Source: Eledone cirrhosa | Lineage: Eukaryota | NCBI GenBank assembly: GCA_964016885.1 | Contig: OZ024751.1 | Location: forward strand, 1-64,000 | Length of the DNA stretch: 64,000 bases | Direction: 5' to 3' | Shown here: one piece after another, positions 24,101 to 38,300 of the stretch | Numbering within the stretch: the first letter of the stretch is position 1 | Layout of the letters: each line of letters starts with the position of its first letter | The notes under the pieces: model-generated | Seen by the model: the letters and a program-made list of their open reading frames with translations, nothing else | The model's database searches: none | What the model was told of the DNA's origin: nothing | Made by a program: the position numbers and the translations under genes

Positions 24101-25051
24101 AGGTGTATGTGGTAGGTGTATGTGGTAAGTGTATGAGGTAGGTGTATGTGGTAGGTGTATGTGGTAGGTGTATGTGGTAGGTGTATGTGGTAAGTGTATG
24201 TGGTAAGTGTATGTGGTAGGTGTATGTGGTAGGTGTATGTGGTAAGTGTATGTGGTAGATGTATGTGGTAGGTGTATGTGGTAGGTGTATGTGGTAAGTG
24301 TATGTGGTAGGTGTATGTGGTAGGTGTATGTGGTAGGTGTATGTGGTAAGTGTATGTGGTAGGTGTATTTGGTAGGAGTATGTGGTAGGAGTATGTGGTA
24401 GGTGTATGTGGTAGGTGTATGTGGTAGGTGTATGTGGTAGGTGTATTTGGTAGGAGTATGTGGTAGGAGTATGTGGTAGGTGTATGTGGTAGGTGTATGT
24501 GGTAGGTGTATGTGGTAGGAGTATGTGGTAGGTGTATGTGGTAGGTGTAGTGGTAATTGTATGTGGTAAGTGTATGTGGTAGGTGTATGTGGTAGATGTA
24601 TGTGGTAGGTGTATGTGGTAAGTGTATAAGGTAGGTGTATCTGGTAGGTGTCTGTGGTAAGTGTATGTGGTAGGTGTATGTGGCAAGTGTATATGGTAGG
24701 TGTATGTGGTAAGTGTATAAGGTAGGTGTATGTGGTAGGTTTATGTGGTAGGTGTATGTGGTAGGTGTATGTGGCAAGTGTATGTGGTAGGTGTATGTGG
24801 TAGGTGTATATGGTAAGTGTATGTGGTAGGTGTATGTGGCAAGTGTATGTGGTAAGTGTATGTGTTAAGTGTATGTGGTAGATGTATGTGGTAGGTGTAT
24901 GTGGTAGGTGTATGTGGTAGGTGTATATGGTAGGTGTATGTGGTAGGTGTATATGGTAAGTGTATGTGGTAGGTGTATGTGGCAAGTGTATGTGGTAGGT
25001 GTATGTGTTAAGTGTATGTGCTAGGTGGATGTGGTAAATGTATAAGGTAGG
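18146..25051 (+). repeat. 13-bp tandem array GTATGTGGTA(G/A)GT, roughly 530 copies
   Basis: Direct inspection. Internal block duplications are present, for example an offset of 1060 bp between 18374 and 19434. Confidence 0.97.
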
Positions 25052-25151
25052 TCCACTCGTACAGTTAGAGACAAATACAACACCCACTACACAAATAGAT
25101 ATTATTCAGCCACAAAACACAATGTTTAACATAATAAAACAATGTCTACCA

Positions 25152-25352
25152 TGTGTGTGTGTGTGTAAGTGTGTGTGTATGTGTATGCGTATGTGTAAGT
25201 GTGTGTGTGTGTATGTGTGTGTGAGTGTGTTTTTGTAAGTGTGTGTGTGAGTGTGTCTGTGTGTGTGTGTGTATAAATGTATGTAAGTGTGTGCCAGTAT
25301 GTGTGTATATATGTATGTAAGTGTGTGCCAGTATGTGTGTGTGTGTGTGTGT
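25152..25352. repeat. (GT)n-rich low-complexity tract; (CT/CA)n tract at 25925-26195
   Basis: Direct inspection. Confidence 0.9.
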
Positions 25353-25449
25353 CAGCGTCTATGTTTAAGTTTGTGTCTCATAATTTAGTGGTTTGACAAA
25401 ATGAATTTGATAAAATAAGTACTCGACTGATATATAAGTAGTGGAGTGA

Positions 25450-25740
25450 GGGTGAGAGATTGGTAGACAAACTGCTTTGTAGCATTTACAGCACTTTACG
25501 TTCAAATCCCATGTCAACTTGGCCTTTCGTCCTTCTGACGGCAATAAAATAAAATACCAGTAAAATACTGGTTCGATATAATCAACTTCCCCCCTCCCTC
25601 CCCACAAATTATTGGCATCGTGCCTAAAATTTGAAATCATGAGTACAAGAGTTGATATGGTTGACTATATCAATGTGGTGCCCCAGTATGGCCACAGTCT
25701 GCAGTCATAAAAGACTGAAACAAGTAAAACATAAAAGAAT
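25450..25740 (+). mobile_element. Decayed SINE remnants (family 2 and a second 3' end)
   Basis: GTTCAAATCC..GCCTTTCGTCCTTC..ATAAAATAAAATACCAGT..GTGCCTAAA matches the 13577 family. Confidence 0.6.
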
Positions 25741-26343
25741 ATATATATATATATAGTAAAACTTGTTCTGTTTGTACAGATATGAATTCATGTGTGAGTG
25801 TGTATCTATATGTATATATATATGTGTGTGTGTGTGTATATATATGTGTGTGTGTGTCATGGTGATCTATTATTTTACTGCTGAGGAGACTTGTGTACTC
25901 TAAGGTGATTTTTATTTTGTTTTCTCTCTCATTCACACACACACACACTCTCTCTCTCTCTATCATACACACACTCTCTCTCACAGACCCTCTTTCACAT
26001 ACTCACACTCTCTCTATCTCTCACACACACAATCTCTTTCTCTCTATCACACACTCTCATTCTCACACACACACACTCCCTCTCTTTCTCTATCACACAC
26101 TCTCTCTCATTCTCACACACACTCTCACTCTCTTTCTCACACACTCTTTTGTAAACACACTCACAGAGACACTCTATTTCTTTCTCTCACACTTTCTCAG
26201 TCCTCTTTCTTTAATCAATAATTTAGGTATCTCTGTTCTAGGTCACCCCAAACCAAACATACAGATGCAATCTAGGTATAACTGTGATGTCCTAGTACTG
26301 TATAGTTGGATATCTCTACTAAATTACAGTATCGATAACTATA

Positions 26344-29300
26344 TTGTACAATACCACCACCACATCCCATCTATATAGTTAGAACTTTGCCACACTATAC
26401 TGGCTCTATCTACTGTACAATACCACCACATCCAATCTATATAGTTAGAACCTTGCCACACTATAATGGCTCTATCTACTGTACACCACCACCACATCCC
26501 ATCTATATAGTTAGAACCTTGCCACACTATAATGGCTCTATCTACTATACACCACCACCACATCCCATCTATATAGTTAGAACTTTGCCACACTATACTA
26601 GTTCTATCTACTGTACACCACCACCACATCCCATCTATATAGTTAGAACCTTGCCACACTATACTGGCTCTATCTACTGTACAATACCACCACCACATCC
26701 CATCTATATAGTTAGAACTGTGCCACACTATACTAGCTCTATCTACTGTACACCACCACCACATCCAATCTATATAGTTAGAACTACCACTGTACAATAC
26801 CACCACCACATCCCATCTATATAGTTAGAACCTTGCCACACTATACTGGCTCTATCTACTGTACAATACCACCACTACATCCCATCTATATAGTTAGAAC
26901 CTTGCCACACTATACTGGCTCTACCTACCGTACGATACCACCACTACATCCCATCTATATAGTTAGAACCTTGCCACACTATACTGGCTCTATCTACTGT
27001 ACAATACTACCACTACATCCCATCTATATAGTTAGAACCTTACCACTCTATACTGTTTCTCTCTACTGTACAATACCACCACCACATCCCATCTATATAG
27101 TTAGAACCTTGCCACACTATACTGGCTCTATCTACTGTACAATACTACCACTACATCCATATATATAGTTAGAACCTTGCCACACTATACTGGCTTTATC
27201 TACTGTACACCACCACCACATCCCATCTATATAGTTAGAACCTTGCCACACTATACTGGCTCTATCTACTGTACACCACCACTACCATATCCCATCTATA
27301 TAGTTGGAACCTTGCCACACTATACTGGCTCTATCTACTGTACAATACCACCACCACATACCATCTATATAGATAGAACCTTGCCACACTATACTGACTC
27401 TATCTACGCTACACCACCACCACATGCCATCTATATAGTTAGAACCTTGCCACACTATACTGGCTCTATCTTCTGTACACCACCACCACATCCCATCTAT
27501 ATAGTTAGAACCTTGCCACACTATACTGGCTCTATCTACTTTCAATACCACCACTACATCCCATTTATATAGTTAGAACCTTGCCACACTATACTGGCTC
27601 TATCTACTGTACAATACCACCACTACATCCCATCTATATAGTTAGAACCTTGCCACACTCTACTGGCTCTATCTACTGTACACCACCACCACCACATCCC
27701 ATCTATATAGTTAGAACCTTGCCACACTATACTGGCTCTATCTACTGTACACCACAACCACATCCCATCTATATAGTTAGAACCTTGCCACACAATACTG
27801 TCTCTATCTACTGTACAATACCACCACTACATCCCATCTATATAGTTAGAACCTTGCCACACTCTACTGGCTCTATCTACTGTACAATACCACCACCGCA
27901 TGCCTTCTATATAGTTAGAACCTTGCCACACTATACTGGCTTTATCTACTGTACACCACCACCACATCCCATCTATATAGTTAGAACCTTGCCACACTAT
28001 ACTGTCTCTATCTACTGTACAATACCACCACCACATCCCATCTATATAGTTAGAACCTTGCCACACTATACTGGCTCTATCTACTGTACAATACTACCAC
28101 TATATCCCATCTATATAGTTAGAACCTTGCCAGACTATACTGTTTCTATCTACTGTACAATACCACCACTACATCCCATCTATATAGTTAAAACCTTGCC
28201 ACACTATACTGGCTCTATCTACTGTACAATACCACCACATCCCCATCTATATAGTTAGAACCTTGCCACACTATACTGGCTCTATCTACTGTACAATACC
28301 ACCACTACATCACATCTATATAGTTAGAACCTTGCCACACTATACTGGTTCTATCTAGTGTACAATACCACCACATCCCATCTATATAGTTAGAACCTTA
28401 CCACACTATACTGGCTCTATCTACTGTACACCACCACTACATCCCATCTATATAGTTGGAACCTTGCCACACTATACTGGCTCTATCTACTGTACAATAC
28501 TACCACTGCATCCCATCTATATAGTTAGAACCTTACCACACTATACTGGCTCTACCTACTGTACGATACCACCACTACATCCCATCTATATAGTTAGAAC
28601 CTTACCACACTATACTGGCTCTATCTACTGTACACCACCACTACATCCCATCTATATAGTTAGAACCTTGCCACACTATACTGTCTCTATCTACTGTACA
28701 ATACCACCACCACATACCATCTATATAGATAGAACCTTGCCACACTATACTGGATCTATCTACTGTTCACAACCACCACATCCCATCTATATAGTTAGAA
28801 CCTTGCCACACTATACTGGCTCTATCTACTGTACAATACAACCACTACATCCCATCTATATAGTTACCTTGCCACACTATACTGGCTCTATCTACTGTAC
28901 ACCACCACCACTACATCCCATCTATATAGTTAGAACCTTGCCACACTATAATGGCTCTATCTACTGTACAATACCACCACCACATCCCATCTATATAGAT
29001 AGAAACTTGCCACACTATACTGACTCTATCTACGGTACACCACCACCACATCCCATGTATATAGTTAGAACCTTGCCACACTATACTGTCTCTATCTACT
29101 GTACAATACCACCACCACATGCCATCTATATAGTTAGAACCTTGCCACACTATACTGGCTCTATCTACTGTACACCACCACCACATCCCATGTATATAGT
29201 TAGAACCTTGCCACACTATACTGTCTCTATCTACTGTACAATACCACCACTACATCCCATTTATATAGTTAGAACCTTGCCACACTATACTGGCTCTATC

Positions 29301-32300
29301 TACTGTACAATACCACCACTACATCCCATCTATATAGTTAGAACCTTGCCACACTATACTGGCTCTATCTACAGTACACCACCACCACATGCCATCTATA
29401 TAGTTAGAAGCTTGCCACACTATACTGGTTCTATCTACTGTACAATACCACCACTACATCCCATCTATATAGTTAGAACCTTGCCACACTATACTGGCTC
29501 TATCTACTGTACACCACCACCACATCCCATCTATATAGTTAGAACCTTGCCACACTATACTGGCTCTATCTACTGTACAATACCACCACTACATCCCATT
29601 TATATAGTTAGAACCTTGCCACACTATACTGGCTCTATCTACTGTACAATACCACCACTACATCCCATCTATATAGTTAGAACCTTGCCACACTATACTG
29701 GCTATATCTACAGTACACCACCACCACATGCCATCTATATAGTTAGAAGCTTGCCACACTATACTGGTTCTATCTACTGTACAATACCACCACTACATCC
29801 CATCTATATAGTTAGAACCTTGCCACACTATACTGGCTCTATCTACAGTACACCACCACCACATGCCATCTATATAGTTAGAACCTTGCCACACTATACT
29901 GGCTCTATCTACAGTACACCACCACCACATGCCATCTATATAGTTAGAACCTTACCACACTATACTGGCTCTATCTACTGTACGATACTACCACTATATC
30001 CCATCTATATAGTTAGAACCTTGCCACACTATACTGGCTCTATCTACTGTACAATACCACCACCACATCCCCATCTATATAGTTAGAACCTTGCCACACT
30101 ATACTGGCTCTATCTACTGTACAATACTACCACTGCATCCCATCTATATAGTTAGAACCTTACCACACTATACTGGCTCAACCTACTGTACGATACCACC
30201 ACTACATCCCATCTATATAGTTAGAACCTTGCCACACTATACTGGCTCTATCTACTGTACAATACTACCACTGCATCCCATCTATATAGTTAGAACCTTA
30301 CCACACTATACTGGCTCTACCTACTGTACAATACCACCACCACATCCCATCTATATAGTTAGAACCTTGCCACACTATACTGTCTCTATCTACTGTACGA
30401 TACCACCACTACATCCCATCTATATAGTTAGAACCTTGCCACACTATACTGGCTCTATCTACTGTACAATACTACCACTATATCCCATCTATATAGTTAG
30501 AACCTTGCCACACTATACTGGCTCTATCTACTGTACAATACTACCACTATATCCCATCTATATAGTTAGAACCTTACCACACTATACTGGCTCTATCTAC
30601 TGTACAATACTACCACTATATCCCATCTATATAGTTAGAACCTTGCCACACTATACTGGCTCTATCTACTGTACACCACCACCACATCCCATCTATATAG
30701 TTAGAACCTTGCCACACTATACTGGCTCTATCTACTGTACAATACTACCACTATATCCCATCTATATAGTTAGAACCTTGCCACACTATACTGGCTCTAT
30801 CTACTGTACACCACCACCACATCCCATCTATATAGTTAGAACCTTGCCACACTATACTGGCTCTATCTACTGTACAATACTACCACTATATCCCATCTAT
30901 ATAGTTAGAACCTTACCACACTATACTGGCTCTATCTACTGTACGATACTACCACTATATCCCATCTATATAGTTAGAACCTTGCCACACTATACTGGCT
31001 CTATCTACTGTACAATACCACCACCACATCCCATCTATATAGTTAGAACCTTGCCACACTATACTGGCTCTATCTACTGTACAATACTACCACTGCATCC
31101 CATCTATATAGTTAGAACCTTACCACACTATACTGGCTCTACCTACTGTACGATACCACCACTACATCCCATCTATATAGTTAGAACCTTGCCACACTAT
31201 ACTGGCTCTATCTACTGTACAATACTACCACTATATCCCATCTATATAGTTAGAACCTTGCCACACTATACTGGCTCTATCTACTGTACACCACCACCAC
31301 ATCCCATCTATATAGTTAGAACCTTGCCACACTATACTGGCTCTATCTACTGTACAATACTACCACTATATCCCATCTATATAGTTAGAACCTTGCCACA
31401 CTATACTGGCTCTATCTACTGTACACCACCACCACATCCCATCTATATAGTTAGAACCTTGCCACACTATACTGGCTCTATCTACTGTACAATACTACCA
31501 CTATATCCCATCTATATAGTTAGAACCTTACCACACTATACTGGCTCTATCTACTGTACGATACTACCACTATATCCCATCTATATAGTTAGAACCTTGC
31601 CACACTATACTGGCTCTATCTACTGTACAATACCACCACCACATCCCCATCTATATAGTTAGAACCTTGCCACACTATACTGGCTCTATCTACTGTACAA
31701 TACTACCACTGCATCCCATCTATATAGTTAGAACCTTACCACACTATACTGGCTCTACCTACTGTACGATACCACCACTACATCCCATCTATATAGTTAG
31801 AACCTTGCCACACTATACTGGCTCTATCTACTGTACAATACTACCACTATATCCCATCTATATAGTTAGAACCTTGCCACACTATACTGGCTCTATCTAC
31901 TGTACACCACCACCACATCCCATCTATATAGTTAGAACCTTGCCACACTATACTGGCTCTATCTACTGTACAATACTACCACTATATCCCATCTATATAG
32001 TTAGAACCTTGCCACACTATACTGGCTCTATCTACTGTACACCACCACCACATCCCATCTATATAGTTAGAACCTTGCCACACTATACTGGCTCTATCTA
32101 CTGTACAATACTACCACTATATCCCATCTATATAGTTAGAACCTTACCACACTATACTGGCTCTATCTACTGTACGATACTACCACTATATCCCATCTAT
32201 ATAGTTAGAACCTTGCCACACTATACTGGCTCTATCTACTGTACAATACCACCACCACATCCCCATCTATATAGTTAGAACCTTGCCACACTATACTGGC

Positions 32301-35300
32301 TCTATCTACTGTACAATACTACCACTGCATCCCATCTATATAGTTAGAACCTTACCACACTATACTGGCTCTACCTACTGTACGATACCACCACTACATC
32401 CCATCTATATAGTTAGAACCTTGCCACACTATACTGGCTCTATCTACTGTACAATACTACCACTGCATCCCATCTATATAGTTAGAACCTTACCACACTA
32501 TACTGGCTCTACCTACTGTACAATACCACCACCACATCCCATCTATATAGTTAGAACCTTGCCACACTATACTGTCTCTATCTACTGTACGATACCACCA
32601 CTACATCCCATCTATATAGTTAGAACCTTGCCACACTATACTGGCTCTATCTACTGTACAATACTACCACTATATCCCATCTATATAGTTAGAACCTTGC
32701 CACACTATACTGGCTCTATCTACTGTACAATACTACCACTATATCCCATCTATATAGTTAGAACCTTACCACACTATACTGGCTCTATCTACTGTACAAT
32801 ACTACCACTATATCCCATCTATATAGTTAGAACCTTGCCACACTATACTGGCTCTATCTACTGTACACCACCACCACATCCCATCTATATAGTTAGAACC
32901 TTGCCACACTATACTGGCTCTATCTACTGTACAATACTACCACTATATCCCATCTATATAGTTAGAACCTTGCCACACTATACTGGCTCTATCTACTGTA
33001 CACCACCACCACATCCCATCTATATAGTTAGAACCTTGCCACACTATACTGGCTCTATCTACTGTACAATACTACCACTGCATCCCATCTATATAGTTAG
33101 AACCTTACCACACTATACTGGCTCTACCTACTGTACGATACCACCACTACATCCCATCAATGTAGTTAGAAGCTTGCCACACTATACTGGTTCTATCTAC
33201 TGTACACCACCACCACATCCCATCTATATAGTTAGAACCTTACCACACTATACTGGCTCTACCTACTGTACGATACCACCACTACATCCCATCTATGTAG
33301 TTAGAAGCTTGCCACACTATACTGGTTCCATCTACTGTACAATACCACCACATCCCATCTATATAGTTAGAACCTTACCACACTATACTGGCTCTACCTA
33401 CTGTACGATACCACCACTACATCCCATCTATATAGTTAGAACCTTGCCACACTATACTGGCTCTATCTACCGTACAATACCACCACCACATCCCATCTAT
33501 ATAGTTAGAACCTTGCCACACTATACTGTTTCTATCTACTGTACAATACCACCACTACATCCCATCTATATAGTTAGAACCTTGCCACACTATACTGGAT
33601 CTATCTACTGTTCACAACCACCACATCCCATCTATATAGTTAGAACCTTGCCACACTATACTGGCTCTATCTACTGTACAATACTACCACTATATCCCAT
33701 CTATATAGTTAGAACCTTGCCACACTATACTGGCTCTATCTACTGTACAATACCACCACATCCAATCTATATAGTTAGAATCTTGCCACACTATAATGGC
33801 TCTATCTACTGTACACCACCACCACATCCCATCTTTATAGTTAGAACCTTGCCACACTATAATGGCTCTATCTACTATACACCACCACCACATCCCATCT
33901 ATATAGTTAGAACTTTGCCACACTATACTAGTTCTATCTACTGTACACCACCACCACATCCCATCTATATAGTTAGAACCTTGCCACACTATACTGGCTC
34001 TATCTACTGTACAATACCACCACCACATCCCATCTATATAGTTAGAACTTTGCCACACTATACTAGCTCTATCTACTGTACACCACCACCACATCAAATC
34101 TATATAGTTAGAACCTTGCCACACTATAATGGCTCTATCTACTGTACACCACCACCACATCCCATCTATATAGTTAGAACCTTGCCACACTATACTGGCT
34201 CTATCTACTGTACAATACCACCACTACATCCCATCTATATAGTTAGAACCTTGCCACACGATACTAGCTCTATCTACTGTACAATACTACCACTACATCC
34301 ATATATATAGTTAGAACTACCACTGTACAATACCACCACCACATCCCATCTATATAGTTAGAACCTTGCCACACTATACTGGCTCTATCTACTGTACAAT
34401 ACCACCACTACATCCCATCTATATAGTTAGAACCTTGCCACACTATACTGGCTCTACCTACTGTACGATACCACCACTACATCCCATCTATATAGTTAGA
34501 ACCTTGCCACACTATACTGGCTCTATCTACTGTACAATACTACCACTACATCCCATCTATATAGTTAGAACCTTACCACTCTATACTGTTTCTCTCTACT
34601 GTACAATACCACCACCACATCCCATCTATATAGTTAGAACCTTGCCACACTATACTGGCTCTATCTACTGTACAATACTACCACTACATCCATATATATA
34701 GTTAGAACCTTGCCACACTATACTGGCTTTATCTACTGTACACCTCCACCACATCCCATCTATATAGTTAGAACCTTGCCACACTATACTGGCTCTATCT
34801 ACTGTACACCACCACTACCATATCCCATCTATATAGTTGGAACCTTGCCACACTATACTGGCTCTATCTACTGTACAATACCACCACCACATACCATCTA
34901 TATAGATAGAACCTTTCCACACTATACTGACTCTATCTACGCTACACCACCACCACATGCCATCTATATAGTTAGAACCTTGCCACACTATACTGGCTCT
35001 ATCTTCTGTACACCACCACCACATCCCATCTATATAGTTAGAACCTTGCCACACTATACTGGCTCTATCTACTTTCAATACCACCACTACATCCCATTTA
35101 TATAGTTAGAACCTTGCCACACTATACTGGCTCTATCTACTGTACAATACCACCACCACATCCCATCTATATAGTTAGAACCTTGCCACACTCTACTGGC
35201 TCTATCTACTGTACACCACCACCACCACATCCCATCTATATAGTTAGAACCTTGCCACACTATACTGGCTCTATCTACTGTACACCACAACCACATCCCA

Positions 35301-38300
35301 TCTATATAGTTAGAACCTTGCCACACAATACTGTCTCTATCTACTGTACAATACCACCACTACATCCCATCTATATAGTTAGAACCTTGCCACACTCTAC
35401 TGGCTCTATCTACTGTACAATACCACCACCGCATGCCTTCTATATAGTTAGAACCTTGCCACACTATACTGGCTTTATCTACTGTACACCACCACCACAT
35501 CCCATCTATATAGTTAGAACCTTGCCACACTATACTGTCTCTATCTACTGTACAATACCACCACCACATCCCATCTATATAGTTAGAACCTTGCCACACT
35601 ATACTGGCTCTATCTACTGTACAATACTACCACTATATCCCATCTATATAGTTAGAACCTTGCCAGACTATACTGTTTCTATCTACTGTACACTACCACC
35701 ACTACATCCCATCTATATAGTTAAAACCTTGCCACACTATACTGGCTCTATCTACTGTACAATACCACCACATCCCCATCTATATAGTTAGAACATTGCC
35801 ACACTATACTGGCTCTATCTACTGTACAATACCACCACTACATCACATCTATATAGTTAGAACCTTGCCACACTATACTGGTTCTATCTAGTGTACAATA
35901 CCACCACATCCCATCTATATAGTTAGAACCTTACCACACTATACTGGCTCTATCTACTGTACACCACCACTACATCCCATCTATATAGTTGGAACCTTGC
36001 CACACTATACTGGCTCTATCTACTGTACAATACTACCACTGCATCCCATCTATATAGTTAGAACCTTACCACACTATACTGGCTCTACCTACTGTACGAT
36101 ACCACCACTACATCCCATCTATATAGTTAGAACCTTACCACACTATACTGGCTCTATCTACTGTACACCACCACTACATCCCATCTATATAGTTAGAACC
36201 TTGCCACACTATACTGTCTCTATCTACTGTACAATACCACCACTACATCCCATCTATATAGTTAGAACCTTGCCAGACTATACTGTTTCTATCTACTGTA
36301 CAATACCACCACCACATCCCATCTATGTAGTTAGAAGCTTGCCACACTATACTGGTTCTATCTACTGTACACCACCACCACATCCCATCTATATAGTTAG
36401 AACCTTGCCACACTATACTGGCTCTATCTACTGTACAATACAACCACTACATCCCATCTATATAGTTAGAACCTTGCCACACTATACTGGCTCTATCTAC
36501 TGTACAATACAACCACTACATCCCATCTATATAGTTACCTTGCCACACTATACTGGCTCTATCTACTGTACACCACCACCACTACATCCCATCTATATAG
36601 TTAGAACCTTGCCACACTATACTGGCTCTATCTACTGTACACCACCACCACATCCCATCTATATAGTTAGAACCTTGCCACACTATACTGGCTCTATCTA
36701 CTGTACAATACCACCACTACATCCCATTTATATAGTTAGAACCTTGCCACACTATACTGGCTCTATCTACTGTACAATACCACCACTACATCCCATCTAT
36801 ATAGTTAGAACCTTGCCACACTATACTGGCTCTATCTACAGTACACCACCACCACATGCCATCTATATAGTTAGAAGCTTGCCACACTATACTGGTTCTA
36901 TCTACTGTACAATACCACCACTACATCCCATCTATATAGTTAGAACCTTGCCACACTATACTGGCTCTATCTACAGTACACCACCACCACATGCCATCTA
37001 TATAGTTAGAACCTTGCCACACTATACTGGCTCTATCTACAGTACACCACCACCACATGCCATCTATATAGTTAGAACCTTACCACACTATACTGGCTCT
37101 ATCTACTGTACAATACTACCACTATATCCCATCTATATAGTTAGAACCTTGCCACACTATACTGGCTCTATCTACTGTACAATACCACCACCACATCCCC
37201 ATCTATATAGTTAGAACCTTGCCACACTATACTGGCTCTATCTACTGTACAATACTACCACTGCATCCCATCTATATAGTTAGAACCTTACCACACTATA
37301 CTGGCTCTACCTACTGTACAATACCACCACCACATCCCATCTATATAGTTAGAACCTTGCCACACTATACTGTCTCTATCTACTGTACGATACCACCACT
37401 ACATCCCATCTATATAGTTAGAACCTTGCCACACTATACTGGCTCTATCTACTGTACAATACTACCACTATATCCCATCTATATAGTTAGAACCTTGCCA
37501 CACTATACTGGCTCTATCTACTGTACACCACCACCACATCCCATATATATAGTTAGAACCTTGCCACACTATACTGGCTTTATCTACTGTACACCACCAC
37601 CACATCCCATCTATATAGTTAGAACCTTGCCACACTATACTGGCTCTATCTACTGTACACCACCACTACCATATCCCATCTATATAGTTGCAACCTTGCC
37701 ACACTATACTGGCTCTATCTACTGTACAATACCACCACCACATACCATCTATATAGATAGAACCTTGCCACACTATACTGACTCTATCTACGCTACACCA
37801 CCACCACATGCCATCTATATAGTTAGAACCTTGCCACACTATACTGGCTCTATCTTCTGTACACCACCACCACATCCCATCTATATAGTTAGAACCTTGC
37901 CACACTATACTGGCTCTATCTACTTTCAATACCACCACTACATCCCATTTATATAGTTAGAACCTTGCCACACTATACTGGCTCTATCTACTGTACAATA
38001 CCACCACCACATCCCATCTATATAGTTAGAACCTTGCCACACTCTACTGGCTCTATCTACTGTACACCACCACCACCACATCCCATCTATATAGTTAGAA
38101 CCTTGCCACACTATACTGGCTCTATCTACTGTACACCACAACCACATCCCATCTATATAGTTAGAACCTTGCCACACAATACTGTCTCTATCTACTGTAC
38201 AATACCACCACTACATCCCATCTATATAGTTAGAACCTTGCCACACTCTACTGGCTCTATCTACTGTACAATACCACCACCGCATGCCTTCTATATAGTT

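Noticed and set aside
18146-25051. Telomeric or interstitial telomere repeat
   Set aside because: It is G/T-rich but not TTAGGG-like, and its unit is explained by the flanking LINE codons.
18007-25087. Very long His/Thr/Tyr/Pro ORFs (up to 2237 aa) on the minus strand
   Set aside because: The C/A-rich strand of the 13-mer contains no stop codon in any frame. All three frames are open with the same peptide, so this is a compositional artefact.
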